Below are positions 40,859-50,494 of a stretch of 64,000 bases of DNA, piece by piece. The position numbers were made by a program, and so were the translations under genes. The notes under the pieces are model-generated. The model had not been told where the DNA came from and searched no databases. It saw only the letters and a program-made list of their open reading frames with translations. The number at the start of each line of letters is the position of its first letter. Position 1 is the first letter of the stretch. Source of the DNA: Gemmatimonadales bacterium (GTDB lineage: Bacteria; Gemmatimonadota; Gemmatimonadetes; Gemmatimonadales; GWC2-71-9); the NCBI GenBank assembly GCA_965249575.1, contig OZ252244.1, positions 128,001-192,000 on the forward strand. The letters run 5' to 3'.

Positions 40859-43285
40859 GTGGCCATCGGTTGCGCAACCATCCAAGATTTGAAACACCAC
40901 CGGCCGGTGGCCATCAAGGTGCTGAACCCGGACCTGGCCGTTCAGAGCGAGCGTTTTCTCCGCGAAATCAAGATCGCTGCAAGCCTTCAGCACCCCCATA
41001 TCGTCCCGCTCTACGACTCAGGCACGACCGGCGACCTCTTGTACTACGTCATGGCGTACGTAGAAGGCGAGTCACTCCGCGACCGGCTCGCCCGGGAAGA
41101 GCAGCTGTCCCTCGACGACGCGATTCGGGTCACGTCCGAGGTCTCCAGCGCGCTCGCGTACGCTCACTCGCACGGTGTAGTGCACCGAGACGTCAAGCCG
41201 GAGAACATCTTGCTGTCGGGCGACACCGCCGTCGTCGCGGACTTCGGCATCGCCCGGGCGCTGGAGGCAGCTGGCGACCACCATCTGACCCAGACCGGAA
41301 CGGTCATCGGGACGCCGTTTTATATGAGCCCGGAACAGGCCACCGCCGGCGGAGAGATCGATGGCCGGAGCGACCAATATAGCCTGGCGTGTGTTCTTTA
41401 CGAGTGTCTGGTAGGGGAGGCTCCGTTCACCGGCCCCACACCGCAGGCAGTAATGGCCCGGCACTCGCTCGACGCCGTCTCTCCACCCACGATCGTGCGC
41501 GACACCATCCCCGATGCCGTCGAGGACGCGCTGCTCAGGGCACTTTCCAAGCTCCCAGCCGACCGTTTCGCTACGACCCACCTGTTCGCCGAGGCCCTCC
41601 ACACACCCTCGGGGACCACGGGCGCACGCCGGCATACGGCATCGGCCCACCCGATGGCACCCCGCCGCAGCCGATTGATACAAAACCTGGCACTGGCTTT
41701 CACTCCCCTCACGATCGTGGCGGCGGCGTGGGGTGCGTGGTCGTGGTGGCGAAACGCTGGGCCCTCGGACACGGAGCCCCCGGGCGGCGGACTGGATCCT
41801 CATCGAATCGCCGTGCTCTACTTCGACGACCTCGGAAACGATCAGAGCTTGGAACACTTGGCGGGCGGATTCACCGAGGCACTCATTCAGGAGCTCGGCC
41901 GCGTGTCCGCGCTGCAAGTAATCTCCCGAAACGGCGTCTTGCCGTACCGCGACGCGCGGGTGGCGCCGGACAGCATTGCGCGCGCGCTCCGCGCCGGGAC
42001 CCTCGTCGAGGGCACGGTCGCCGAAAGCGGCGGTCGCCTGCGGGTGAGGGTAAGTCTCATCAACGCGCGCACTGGGACCACGTTTGGCAGCAAGACGCTC
42101 GAACGTCCTCGAACGGAGATCTTCGAGCTTCAAGACGACCTCGCCGGTGAGGTCTCGATCTTCCTCCGCGAGCGCCTCGGGCAAGAGATCGCGCTGCAGC
42201 GAAGCCGCGCCGGTACGGAGAACGCCGGCGCCTGGGAACTCCTGCAAGAGGCCCAGCAGGCCGCTCGTGATGCCGACGCCCTCCTTGCCACAGGCGATGC
42301 CGCCGCGGCATCCAGACTCCTCACGCAGGCGGATTCTCTGCTCGGTGCAGCGGAATCGCGCGATGAGCGCTGGGTGCGCCCCGTGGTCGAGCGCGCGCGC
42401 GTGGCCTACCGACAGGCCCGAGTCGCCGAGACGGTCGGAAAGCCGGATTGGCTGAGGACCGGCGTCAAGCACGCCGAACGCGCCCTGGCACTCGAGCCCC
42501 GCGAGGCCGACGCGCTCGAGCTGCGGGGCACCCTACGTTACTACAGCTGGATTTTCAGCCTGACACCGGATCCCGCGGCAGCGTCGCAGGCGTTCGCGGA
42601 AGCGGAGGCGGACCTCCGCGCCGCGGTCGCGGCGAACGGCGCGCAGGCATCCGCGTGGAGCACGCTGAGCCACCTCCTGTCGAACAAATCCGAAACGGCC
42701 GAGTCGAAGCTGGCCGCTCTTCGAGCGTACGAGGCCGATCCGTATCTCAACACAACCGACGTGAGTCTGTGGCGGCTGTTCACCAGTTCCTACGATCTCG
42801 AAGATCCGGTCGAGGCGGCGCACTGGTGCGACGAAGGGGGCAGGCGTTTCCCCGCGGACTTTCGGTTTGCAGAGTGCCGGCTGTGGCTACTCACGTTCGC
42901 CGGCCAGCGGCCGGACATCGAGAAGGCCTGGGATCTCCTGGATCGCTACGAGGAGCGGGTCAGTCCGAGCGACCGGGAATACCGTCGCTTGCGGGGACAG
43001 ATGGCCGTCGCGGCCGCGCTGGTACGGGCGGGACTACAAGACAGTGCCCGGACCGTGCTAGCCGCGTCGCGAGCCGACGCCTCCGTCGATCCCGCCAGGG
43101 ACCTGATGTACCTCGAAGCGTTCGTCCGCAGCATACTGGGCGATCACGACGAAGCGATCAGGCTCCTGACCACGTTCCTCGCGATCAATCCGGAGCAGCG
43201 TTCCTCATTGACGGAGGATGAGTCCTGGTGGTTCCGGAAGCTCAAGGCCGACGAGCGCTTCAAACGGCTCGCGGGCGCGGGTTGA
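40859..43285 (+). CDS. Ser/Thr kinase with TM, TolB-N-like and TPR domains; Gly-rich loop missing
   Basis: QDLKHHRPVAIK, HRDVKPEN, DFG, SPE, TM, IAVLYF, ISRNGV, TPRs; GGAGGA RBS at 40844-40849. Confidence 0.85.
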   Translation: MAIGCATIQDLKHHRPVAIKVLNPDLAVQSERFLREIKIAASLQHPHIVPLYDSGTTGDLLYYVMAYVEGESLRDRLAREEQLSLDDAIRVTSEVSSALAYAHSHGVVHRDVKPENILLSGDTAVVADFGIARALEAAGDHHLTQTGTVIGTPFYMSPEQATAGGEIDGRSDQYSLACVLYECLVGEAPFTGPTPQAVMARHSLDAVSPPTIVRDTIPDAVEDALLRALSKLPADRFATTHLFAEALHTPSGTTGARRHTASAHPMAPRRSRLIQNLALAFTPLTIVAAAWGAWSWWRNAGPSDTEPPGGGLDPHRIAVLYFDDLGNDQSLEHLAGGFTEALIQELGRVSALQVISRNGVLPYRDARVAPDSIARALRAGTLVEGTVAESGGRLRVRVSLINARTGTTFGSKTLERPRTEIFELQDDLAGEVSIFLRERLGQEIALQRSRAGTENAGAWELLQEAQQAARDADALLATGDAAAASRLLTQADSLLGAAESRDERWVRPVVERARVAYRQARVAETVGKPDWLRTGVKHAERALALEPREADALELRGTLRYYSWIFSLTPDPAAASQAFAEAEADLRAAVAANGAQASAWSTLSHLLSNKSETAESKLAALRAYEADPYLNTTDVSLWRLFTSSYDLEDPVEAAHWCDEGGRRFPADFRFAECRLWLLTFAGQRPDIEKAWDLLDRYEERVSPSDREYRRLRGQMAVAAALVRAGLQDSARTVLAASRADASVDPARDLMYLEAFVRSILGDHDEAIRLLTTFLAINPEQRSSLTEDESWWFRKLKADERFKRLAGAG

Positions 43286-43508
43286 TTGAAGAAGGGTCGG
43301 GCGCGGAGCTTGTCCGTCGGTTGGGGCGCGGGCGCTACAAAACGACCGCGGCTTCATTCTGGCATTCGCGATCCCATCCGTCGATCAGGTAATCGCTTAG
43401 AGGACTGTCACTTACCGCTCTCGACGGGGCTCGAAACTTGCGCATCACACCCACATCCTTCCCGAACTCACACGCAGGACCGAATACCGCCGTTCCCAGG
43501 AGCAACCA

Positions 43509-44516
43509 ATGAGGCGACGATTCGTTTGGTACTTGCCCGTAGCGACCGCGCTGCTATTCGCGAGCTGCGCCGATCGCGACCAGTCCTCGCCGACCGAGCC
43601 ACCGTCGTTCTCCGTGGCCCCCCACAGCGGGGCCGCCGCTTCAGACGTCCGGGATATCCAGGCGCAGATCAGGGCGCTCTTCCCGAGGGACGACCGTGGG
43701 CTTCAGCACGCGGCGCTCAAGCGGTTCCGCAATATCGTGCGAGCACTACGGCGGGGTCGAGTGGAAAGCGCTCGGCGAAAGACGGTTCGATTCGTCGATT
43801 TCACGCTCCGTAAGTTCCAGCAGGAGCGGCTCCTAGATCCCAACGGGGCCGAACCCCCAACCACCGAGGAAGCAGTCTGTACGCTGATCGCATCGATGCT
43901 CCACCTCGTCGGACTTCCCAGCCCCGCGGCCTGCCCACTCGGACCCAATTCGGCCGCGGCCGTCGTGGGACGGAGCGGTGGTCTCGTCGTCACAGGCGCA
44001 GAGGAGGCCGGGGTCGACATTCCGCGCGGATCGCTCGAGGAAACGGTGGTGGTCACGGTTCAACTGATCTCTGGGCCATTCGATGAGAGCGGGGGTCCAC
44101 TGAACACCGAGCTCGATCAGTTCGGACCGTTCTATCAAATCGAGACATTCCCTGCGGTCTCGAGCTTCAGCGGTGATGTCGTCGTCGGTTTGTGCATCGA
44201 GGAGTTGGAAGAGGGTTTCCGCCTAGCGCATAACAACGCCGAAGGAACCGGCATCGAGATCCTCCCACTCGCTGGCGCTCCCTTCCTTGACTGCAATGCC
44301 GACATCGGGAGCCGATCGATACAGGACGACGAACCGGCGACGATATGGGGCCGCGCGGTACGGCTCGCCAAACGCCTGTTCGCTCCAGCTCCTCTGCATG
44401 CTGGGAACGCCCTGATCTTCGGTGGCCTCGGCGGCTCCTCGGGCTCGTTCAGTCCATTCGGCGCGGTGGATACTCAGGCATCCACGCCGGATGAAGGCGG
44501 TCCAGACGACTTCTAA
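43509..44516 (+). CDS. Hypothetical lipoprotein
   Basis: Lipobox FASC after hydrophobic signal; AGGAG RBS; ZU5-like GGLVV..GVDIPRGSL segment. Confidence 0.75.
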   Translation: MRRRFVWYLPVATALLFASCADRDQSSPTEPPSFSVAPHSGAAASDVRDIQAQIRALFPRDDRGLQHAALKRFRNIVRALRRGRVESARRKTVRFVDFTLRKFQQERLLDPNGAEPPTTEEAVCTLIASMLHLVGLPSPAACPLGPNSAAAVVGRSGGLVVTGAEEAGVDIPRGSLEETVVVTVQLISGPFDESGGPLNTELDQFGPFYQIETFPAVSSFSGDVVVGLCIEELEEGFRLAHNNAEGTGIEILPLAGAPFLDCNADIGSRSIQDDEPATIWGRAVRLAKRLFAPAPLHAGNALIFGGLGGSSGSFSPFGAVDTQASTPDEGGPDDF

Positions 44517-44539
44517 CTGACTCCGGCTTTTGTGAAAAT

Positions 44540-44584
44540 CGGCCGGCTCCCGCGCGATGCGGGGGCTGGCCGCTTCTTTTTTTT
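44540..44584 (+). terminator. Rho-independent terminator
   Basis: Stem CGGCCGGCTCCCGC/GCGGGGGCTGGCCG followed by CTTCTTTTTTTT. Confidence 0.8.
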
Positions 44585-44600
44585 GCTTGCTTGGTGGCAG

Positions 44601-46262
44601 CTACGCCGCGGCGGCCGGAGCGGAGCGCTGCTCACCGTCAGGGACCAGCTTCAACTCTACGAGAAAGCGCGAGCCGGCACCCTCCTCACCCTCGACCCAG
44701 AGCCGGCCACCCAGGCCCTCGACGATGTTCTTGCTGATGGCTAACCCGAGGCCCGCTCCTCCGTGCGTCCGAGTGGCGGAGCGCTCAAGCTGCATGAACT
44801 TCTCGAAGATCACCTCGCGCCTGTCCGCCGGAATACCTGGCCCCCGATCCGCGATTTCGACTACGGCGGACTCGTCGTCGACGCGCCATTGAACGGTCAC
44901 CGGCGCGTCGGGCGGGGAGAACTTAATGCCGTTCGACAGCAGGTTCACGATCACCTGTTCCAGCGGATCGCGGGCAGCCAGCACGGTTGCCGCGCGGTCA
45001 CCGTCCGACTCGATCTCCACGCCGCGATCCCGCGCGAATCCGCTCACCGCCTCTACCGCCCGGGCAACAGCCCCCTCGAGCGAGACCGGGGCCAATTCGA
45101 ACTCGAAGCGTCCGCTCTGCATTCGTGACATTTGCAGCAGGTCGTCGACCAAGCGGACCAGACGGTCGAGATTGCGCAGCGCGATATCGACGAACTCCCA
45201 CATCGCTCGCGGGAGGTCGCCAGCCGCCCCGTTCTTGATGAGACCCAGCGAGGTCTTGACGGACGTGAGTGGCGTACGCAACTCGTGGCTCACGATCGAT
45301 ACGAATTCGTCCTTTGCCTCCTCCGCCGCGGCCTCACGGGTGATATCGCGATACAAAATGAGATGACCAAGCATCGACCGCTGGTCGACGACCGGCACGA
45401 CGGTTCGCTGGCAAACGGATTTCTGTGGAAAGGCGAACTCGACCCGATCCCGGAGCGGTTCCGCCTCCGCGTCGAGCGCGGCGACTTGCGACGAGAGATC
45501 GTTCGGCTCGCTCAGGCAACGGGCGAACGCCTGATTGACCTGGGCCACGGGTGATCCCATCACCACTTCCCACGGCATTCCGATCAAGTCCGCTAGCGCG
45601 CGGTTCGCATGCACGACCCTACCATCCGCGACCATGAGAATCGCCGCGTCACTCGCTTCGATCAGTGCCTTGAGCCGCGTCCGTTCGGACAGCACCTTCG
45701 CGTTCTGGAGCGCGAGCCTCTCACGCTGACTCTCGATGGTCGAGAGGAGCTTCGAGTAGTGCAGGGATGTCTCGATTTGTCGCGCGAGGAGTGCCGCAAG
45801 CTCGAGATCTTCTTGACCATACCGCTCGGACTCTTTGGAGCCGAAGTTGAGCGCGCCAATGATCTCACCGTCCACGTGAAGCGGAACGATGATGGCTGAC
45901 AACGCACTCTCGTTCGGCAGCCGGATGCCCTCGGTCCCCGGAAGGTCCGGGACGAGAAGCGGCTCGCCAGTCCGAATCACCTCCCCCGTCAGCCCCTGCG
46001 CTAGCGGAAAGCGGCCCCTCCCCTCTATGAATCCATCGCGTTCAGCATCGAAGAGCGTGTGAAGTTCATAGTGATCCCCTTCCTCCGAGACCAGCGCGAC
46101 GCTGGCCCGCCGGAACATCATTACCCGTTGAAGCTTGGTGATGGCCGCCTGGAAGATCTCTTCGAGATCGAACGTCGTGTTGATGAGGGTCGCGAGCTCG
46201 CCGACGACTTCCAGTCGTTCCGAAGCCATCGTGTGGCGCGTTTCCAACGCGGTCGGCATCAT
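44601..46262 (-). CDS. Cytoplasmic GAF-PAS sensor histidine kinase
   Basis: GAF, PAS-like, SHELRTPL, NLLSNGIKF, DRGPG, GAGLGL. Confidence 0.93.
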   Translation of the reverse strand: MMPTALETRHTMASERLEVVGELATLINTTFDLEEIFQAAITKLQRVMMFRRASVALVSEEGDHYELHTLFDAERDGFIEGRGRFPLAQGLTGEVIRTGEPLLVPDLPGTEGIRLPNESALSAIIVPLHVDGEIIGALNFGSKESERYGQEDLELAALLARQIETSLHYSKLLSTIESQRERLALQNAKVLSERTRLKALIEASDAAILMVADGRVVHANRALADLIGMPWEVVMGSPVAQVNQAFARCLSEPNDLSSQVAALDAEAEPLRDRVEFAFPQKSVCQRTVVPVVDQRSMLGHLILYRDITREAAAEEAKDEFVSIVSHELRTPLTSVKTSLGLIKNGAAGDLPRAMWEFVDIALRNLDRLVRLVDDLLQMSRMQSGRFEFELAPVSLEGAVARAVEAVSGFARDRGVEIESDGDRAATVLAARDPLEQVIVNLLSNGIKFSPPDAPVTVQWRVDDESAVVEIADRGPGIPADRREVIFEKFMQLERSATRTHGGAGLGLAISKNIVEGLGGRLWVEGEEGAGSRFLVELKLVPDGEQRSAPAAAA

Positions 46263-46636
46263 GAGGTCGGATCGAATCGGGACTGGTACAGCCGCACGGA
46301 AGACGCCAACCGTTCAAGACCAGCCACGCCATCGGCGAGTCCCTCGGGAGACAGTGCCCCGCCCTCCCGCCACCGCCGTCCGAGATCCTCCAGGAACGCC
46401 GCCGGCTCCGAGAGGTCGTTCGCGCCAAACGATGCCGCGGTCCCCTTCAATGAGTGCGCTCCGCGATGGAAGGTCTCGATCATTCCTTCGTCGCGGCTCT
46501 GCTCGAGCACCTCCAATGCCGAACGCATCTTCTCGACTCGGTCCGGCAACCCAGCCGCGAATTCACGCCTCACCAAGGTCAGCGGGTCGAGATCGCTCTC
46601 GATCGGGGCCTCGGGAAGTCTAGGCCTTGCTTTCAA
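46259..46636 (-). CDS. Stand-alone Hpt phosphotransfer protein
   Basis: AHSLKGTAASFG motif; overlaps both neighbours. Confidence 0.85.
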   Translation of the reverse strand: MKARPRLPEAPIESDLDPLTLVRREFAAGLPDRVEKMRSALEVLEQSRDEGMIETFHRGAHSLKGTAASFGANDLSEPAAFLEDLGRRWREGGALSPEGLADGVAGLERLASSVRLYQSRFDPTS

Positions 46637-46991
46637 CGCACAGGTCCTTGATCCGTGTGGCGAGCTCCTCCGGCTCGAATGGCTTGAACGCGATTCCGGC
46701 AGCGCCCGCCAACACAGCCTCTGACTCCTGCATCTCTTTGCGCGCCGTCAACAGGACGACCGGGATCGAGGTCGTCTCGGGATCTGCTCGCAGCCGACGA
46801 CACACCTCGTACCCATGCATCCCTGGCATCATCACGTCCGCGATCACCGCATCGGGCTGAACACGGCGCACGGTCTCGATCCCCTCCACTCCGTCTGCGG
46901 CAACTGCCACCTCCCATCCCGCCGTGTACTCGAGTGTCAGCTTGATCAGCTTGCGGAGATCCGGATCGTCGTCGATTACCACGACGCGCAT
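46620..46991 (-). CDS. Single-domain response regulator
   Basis: IDDD, DVMMPGMHG, LLTA, KPF; ATG 46991. Confidence 0.9.
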   Translation of the reverse strand: MRVVVIDDDPDLRKLIKLTLEYTAGWEVAVAADGVEGIETVRRVQPDAVIADVMMPGMHGYEVCRRLRADPETTSIPVVLLTARKEMQESEAVLAGAAGIAFKPFEPEELATRIKDLCVESKA

Positions 46992-47112
46992 AGGAGCATC
47001 CTCTCGTTTTGCCACCAATGATGAGACCTCCGGACGTTCATCTCGCACGACTGGCCCGGCGTCATCGCGACTCAGCGCTCGGTCAACTTTCACAGATCGC
47101 GCGGAACACGAA

Positions 47113-47727
47113 TCATCCGGTAACCGATGGTCCGTCCCGTTTCCCATCTCCCGCACCGGGGGCGTGCTCACCCGGGTCGATCTGAGACGCGTCCAACGGC
47201 ACTGGGATGGGTGCCTCCGGCCGTCGGTCGGCACCTTGGTGACCGATGAGGCGGCCCGTGCCCACGGAGAGCAGTACCAGCAATCCCACAGCCGCTGACC
47301 GAAGTAGCCGCCGCCTGAGAGTCGGTCGGAGTCGCGCCCGCAGCCTGACGTTTGCCTGCCGAACGGCGGCATTCTCCGCCGCTCGCTCAACCGCCGCGGC
47401 CAAGTGCCCCATGTTCACGGGCTTCGTCAAGAAATTCTCGGCGCCCAGACGCATTGCCTCGACCGCCGGGCCCAGTTCGCCGCTGGCGGTGAGCATGATG
47501 ACCATTGCCCGCTTCTTCCTCAGGATCTCGAGCACTTCGAGTCCCGACATGCCGGGCATGGACAGATCGAGCACCGTCACGTCCGGTCTCGCTCGCTCGT
47601 GCAGAGCAAGACCCTCCGACCCAGACTCCGCCTCGTAGACTCGATGTCCAAGGCGCTCGAACTCGGTCCGGAGAAGCCGGAGCATGTCCGGGTCATCGTC
47701 TATGAAAAGCACAGTACGGGAACTCAT
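47113..47727 (-). CDS. Receiver domain protein with C-terminal TM helix
   Basis: IDDD, DLSMPGMSG, MLTA, GAENFLTKP, then AAVGLLVLLSVG; RBS GGAGGG. Confidence 0.8.
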   Translation of the reverse strand: MSSRTVLFIDDDPDMLRLLRTEFERLGHRVYEAESGSEGLALHERARPDVTVLDLSMPGMSGLEVLEILRKKRAMVIMLTASGELGPAVEAMRLGAENFLTKPVNMGHLAAAVERAAENAAVRQANVRLRARLRPTLRRRLLRSAAVGLLVLLSVGTGRLIGHQGADRRPEAPIPVPLDASQIDPGEHAPGAGDGKRDGPSVTG

Positions 47728-47971
47728 GGATCCCTCCCCTAGGCACCGCCTGATGTTATCGGCCGCCGGACAGCGCTTCTTGAGGATGGAGGGGCGCATT
47801 TCTCCCACCACTCAGAACGGGGAATCGAGACACTAGACGATTTCCAGAAGTGATGACGCGGCAAGCACTTAGAGTATACGGGAACCGCGTGATGGCGCGC
47901 GGGTCTCCAGGGAGGGCCCCGGAGACGTTCGGGTCTGCCTTCTTGGACGGAGAGCTGCTACGGCGTTAGCG

Positions 47972-49051
47972 TCAGTTGCCTCGCAAGTGGCGCACGAGCA
48001 TGTCCCCCATCGCCGACGTCGCGATGCCGCTTCGAGCGTCAGCCGATGGCACCTCGCCACTGCGAAGCAGAGAGGCCGTCGCCTCTTCTATGCGCTGGGC
48101 GGCCGCCGTTTCGCCGAGGAAGTCCAGCATCATGCCCGTGGCCGCCGTTGCGCCGAGAGGACAGGCGATATTCTTACCCGCGTGTTTCGGTGCGGACCCG
48201 TGGATCGGCTCGAACATCGACGTCTTCCCGGGGTGGATGTTACCCGACGCGGCGATGCCCATCCCGCCCTGGAGCATCGCGCCGAGGTCGGTGATGATGT
48301 CCCCGAACAGATTCGTCGTAACGATTACGTCGAACCATTCCGGATTCTTGATCATCCACATGCAGCAGGCGTCTATATAGGCGTGGTCGGTTTCAATGTC
48401 CGGGAAGTCCTCGGCCACGTGGCGGTGGGCGCGGGTCCAGATGTCGTGGGGTCGGATTGCGTTCGCCTTGTCCACAAGGGTGACCTGGCGCTTTCCGGCG
48501 TCACGCCCTTCTCCGGCACGTCTTCGCGCCAGCTCGAAGGCATAGCGCACCGCCCGTTCGCACCCCTTCCACGTGTAAACGCCGTTGACGATTGCGACTT
48601 CGTCCGCGGTACCCTTCTTCAAGTGCCCGCCGATCTGTGAATACATTCCCTCGGTGTTCTCACGGACGACGACGAAATCGATGTCGTCCGGTTTCTTGTT
48701 CTTGAGAGGACACAGGTGCTCGGAGTACAGTCGTATCGGGCGCAGGTTGATGTAGAGATCGAGCCCAAACCGGAGCCCGAGGATGACTGAACGCTCTACG
48801 AGCCCTGGCTCCACGTCCGGATGCCCGATCGCGCCGAGTAGTACGGCGTCGAGTGTCCGCCATTCATCGATGACGGATTCGGGCACGAGCTCCTTGGTCT
48901 TGAGATAGTACTCCCCGCTGTAAGGGTAGTCGACCAGCTGGTATCGAAACCCCTCGAGGTCGGCCGCGGCCTCCAGCACCTTCAGGGCTTCACGCGTAAC
49001 CTCCGGCCCGATCCCGTCCCCCGGTAGAACACCGATGGAATAGTCCTTCAT
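47972..49051 (-). CDS. leuB: 3-isopropylmalate dehydrogenase (isocitrate/isopropylmalate dehydrogenase family)
   Basis: PGDGIGPEV, NLRP, VRENTEG, VDKAN, NLFGDIITD, EPIHGSAP. Confidence 0.8.
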   Translation of the reverse strand: MKDYSIGVLPGDGIGPEVTREALKVLEAAADLEGFRYQLVDYPYSGEYYLKTKELVPESVIDEWRTLDAVLLGAIGHPDVEPGLVERSVILGLRFGLDLYINLRPIRLYSEHLCPLKNKKPDDIDFVVVRENTEGMYSQIGGHLKKGTADEVAIVNGVYTWKGCERAVRYAFELARRRAGEGRDAGKRQVTLVDKANAIRPHDIWTRAHRHVAEDFPDIETDHAYIDACCMWMIKNPEWFDVIVTTNLFGDIITDLGAMLQGGMGIAASGNIHPGKTSMFEPIHGSAPKHAGKNIACPLGATAATGMMLDFLGETAAAQRIEEATASLLRSGEVPSADARSGIATSAMGDMLVRHLRGN

Positions 49052-49395
49052 TCCGCGCTCCGGGACGGCTGAATCCGTCTTGACATGCCTGCATTCCTCC
49101 CCTGCTGATCATTTGAGAGGTCGTCGCCGGGCGCGCCCGCGACGGGCCAGGGGACGCACCGTGACCGTTTGCGACCGGACGGAAGGTAAACGCGCGGGGC
49201 GGTTCGCGCAGGAGCGGCGCGGTCGGACTCCGGCTGCGCGGCGCTACTGGATGGCGGCCGAGTGGCCCCGGCCTCCTGGTCCCGTCAGACAGCACGACCC
49301 CTCGACCTCGCCAGTGTCGCAGCCAGGCACTAGTTTCGCGAGGTCTTACGTCGTCCAGCGCCGTCCACCGTCGTCAGCTCGGATACCCAGCCAGC

Positions 49396-50493
49396 ATGAG
49401 CGACCGATTCATAAAGCCGGCCCTTCTGTGCCTGTCACTGGTCGCATCCATCCCCGTTGGGGAGCTGCTCGCCCGAATCGCCCTGGATGAGGTCAACTAT
49501 TTACGACCCACACTGGTGGCTCATCCAATCCTCCGGCATGCCGTACGCGCCGGAAGCGGGGGCCATGATCGGTGGGGGGTTCGTAACGGCCGGGTTCCAG
49601 CCGACGTCGACGTCCTCGCCATCGGCGACTCGGAGACGTATGGCTACTCCGCCCCCTCCGTCGAGTCGTGGCCCTCGTGGCTCGAGAGGCTCTCCGGACG
49701 CTCGGTGTACAACATGGGCCTCGGTGGATATGGCCCGCCGGATTACCGGTATCTCCTCGAGCAGCAGGGGGACTCGCTCGATCCCGACGTCGTGATAATC
49801 GGCTTCTACTTTGGAAACGATCTGCGAAGCGCCTACGCGGACGCCGTTGGTATCCAAGAAGAGTCGGTCACGCTCCACCCGCCTCCCGACCCGCGGATCT
49901 TCGGCGACCTGCGCACTTGGCTCAGCCGCAACAGCGTCCTATACCAGGCCGTCAAGCATCACGCGCGCTCCCCTATGGATGTGATCCGCTTTCGGGAAAC
50001 GACCTCGTACGCCACGGATGGTCATTATCCACTCGACCACCCGGTGTCTCGCACGGTCTTTGCGCCGGGGGATCAGCTGGAACGGTTGGACCAGGCCGAC
50101 GAGCGGAACCGCAGGGGCCTGGAGCAGACGCTGGAGATCTTCCTGGAGATCGAGACGTGGTGCGGCACTCGCCACGTTGCCTGCCTGTACCTGCTCATCC
50201 CGACCAAGGAATCCGTCTATTGGGAGCTTGCGAGCGAGCGTCTGAGCGGCCCCGGACGCGATGAGGTCTCCCGAGTCGTCCACGCCGAGACCGCGGTGCG
50301 AGAGCACATCGTCCACTTCTTGAGCCGCAATGAAATGACGTATGTGGACCCGCTACCCCAAATGCGATCGGCGGCTCACCAGGAGCGCCTGTACTTGGCC
50401 AACATCGACGGACACCCCAACGGAACCGGATACCGGATCATCGCCGAGACGATTGCAGAGATGCTCGCCGATTGCGGTGCGTGTACTCGGTAG
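49396..50493 (+). CDS. SGNH/GDSL hydrolase-fold protein (AlgX/AlgJ-like), membrane anchored
   Basis: GDSETYG, NMGLGGYG, GND, DGHPN. Confidence 0.8.
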   Translation: MSDRFIKPALLCLSLVASIPVGELLARIALDEVNYLRPTLVAHPILRHAVRAGSGGHDRWGVRNGRVPADVDVLAIGDSETYGYSAPSVESWPSWLERLSGRSVYNMGLGGYGPPDYRYLLEQQGDSLDPDVVIIGFYFGNDLRSAYADAVGIQEESVTLHPPPDPRIFGDLRTWLSRNSVLYQAVKHHARSPMDVIRFRETTSYATDGHYPLDHPVSRTVFAPGDQLERLDQADERNRRGLEQTLEIFLEIETWCGTRHVACLYLLIPTKESVYWELASERLSGPGRDEVSRVVHAETAVREHIVHFLSRNEMTYVDPLPQMRSAAHQERLYLANIDGHPNGTGYRIIAETIAEMLADCGACTR

Positions 50494-50494
50494 A

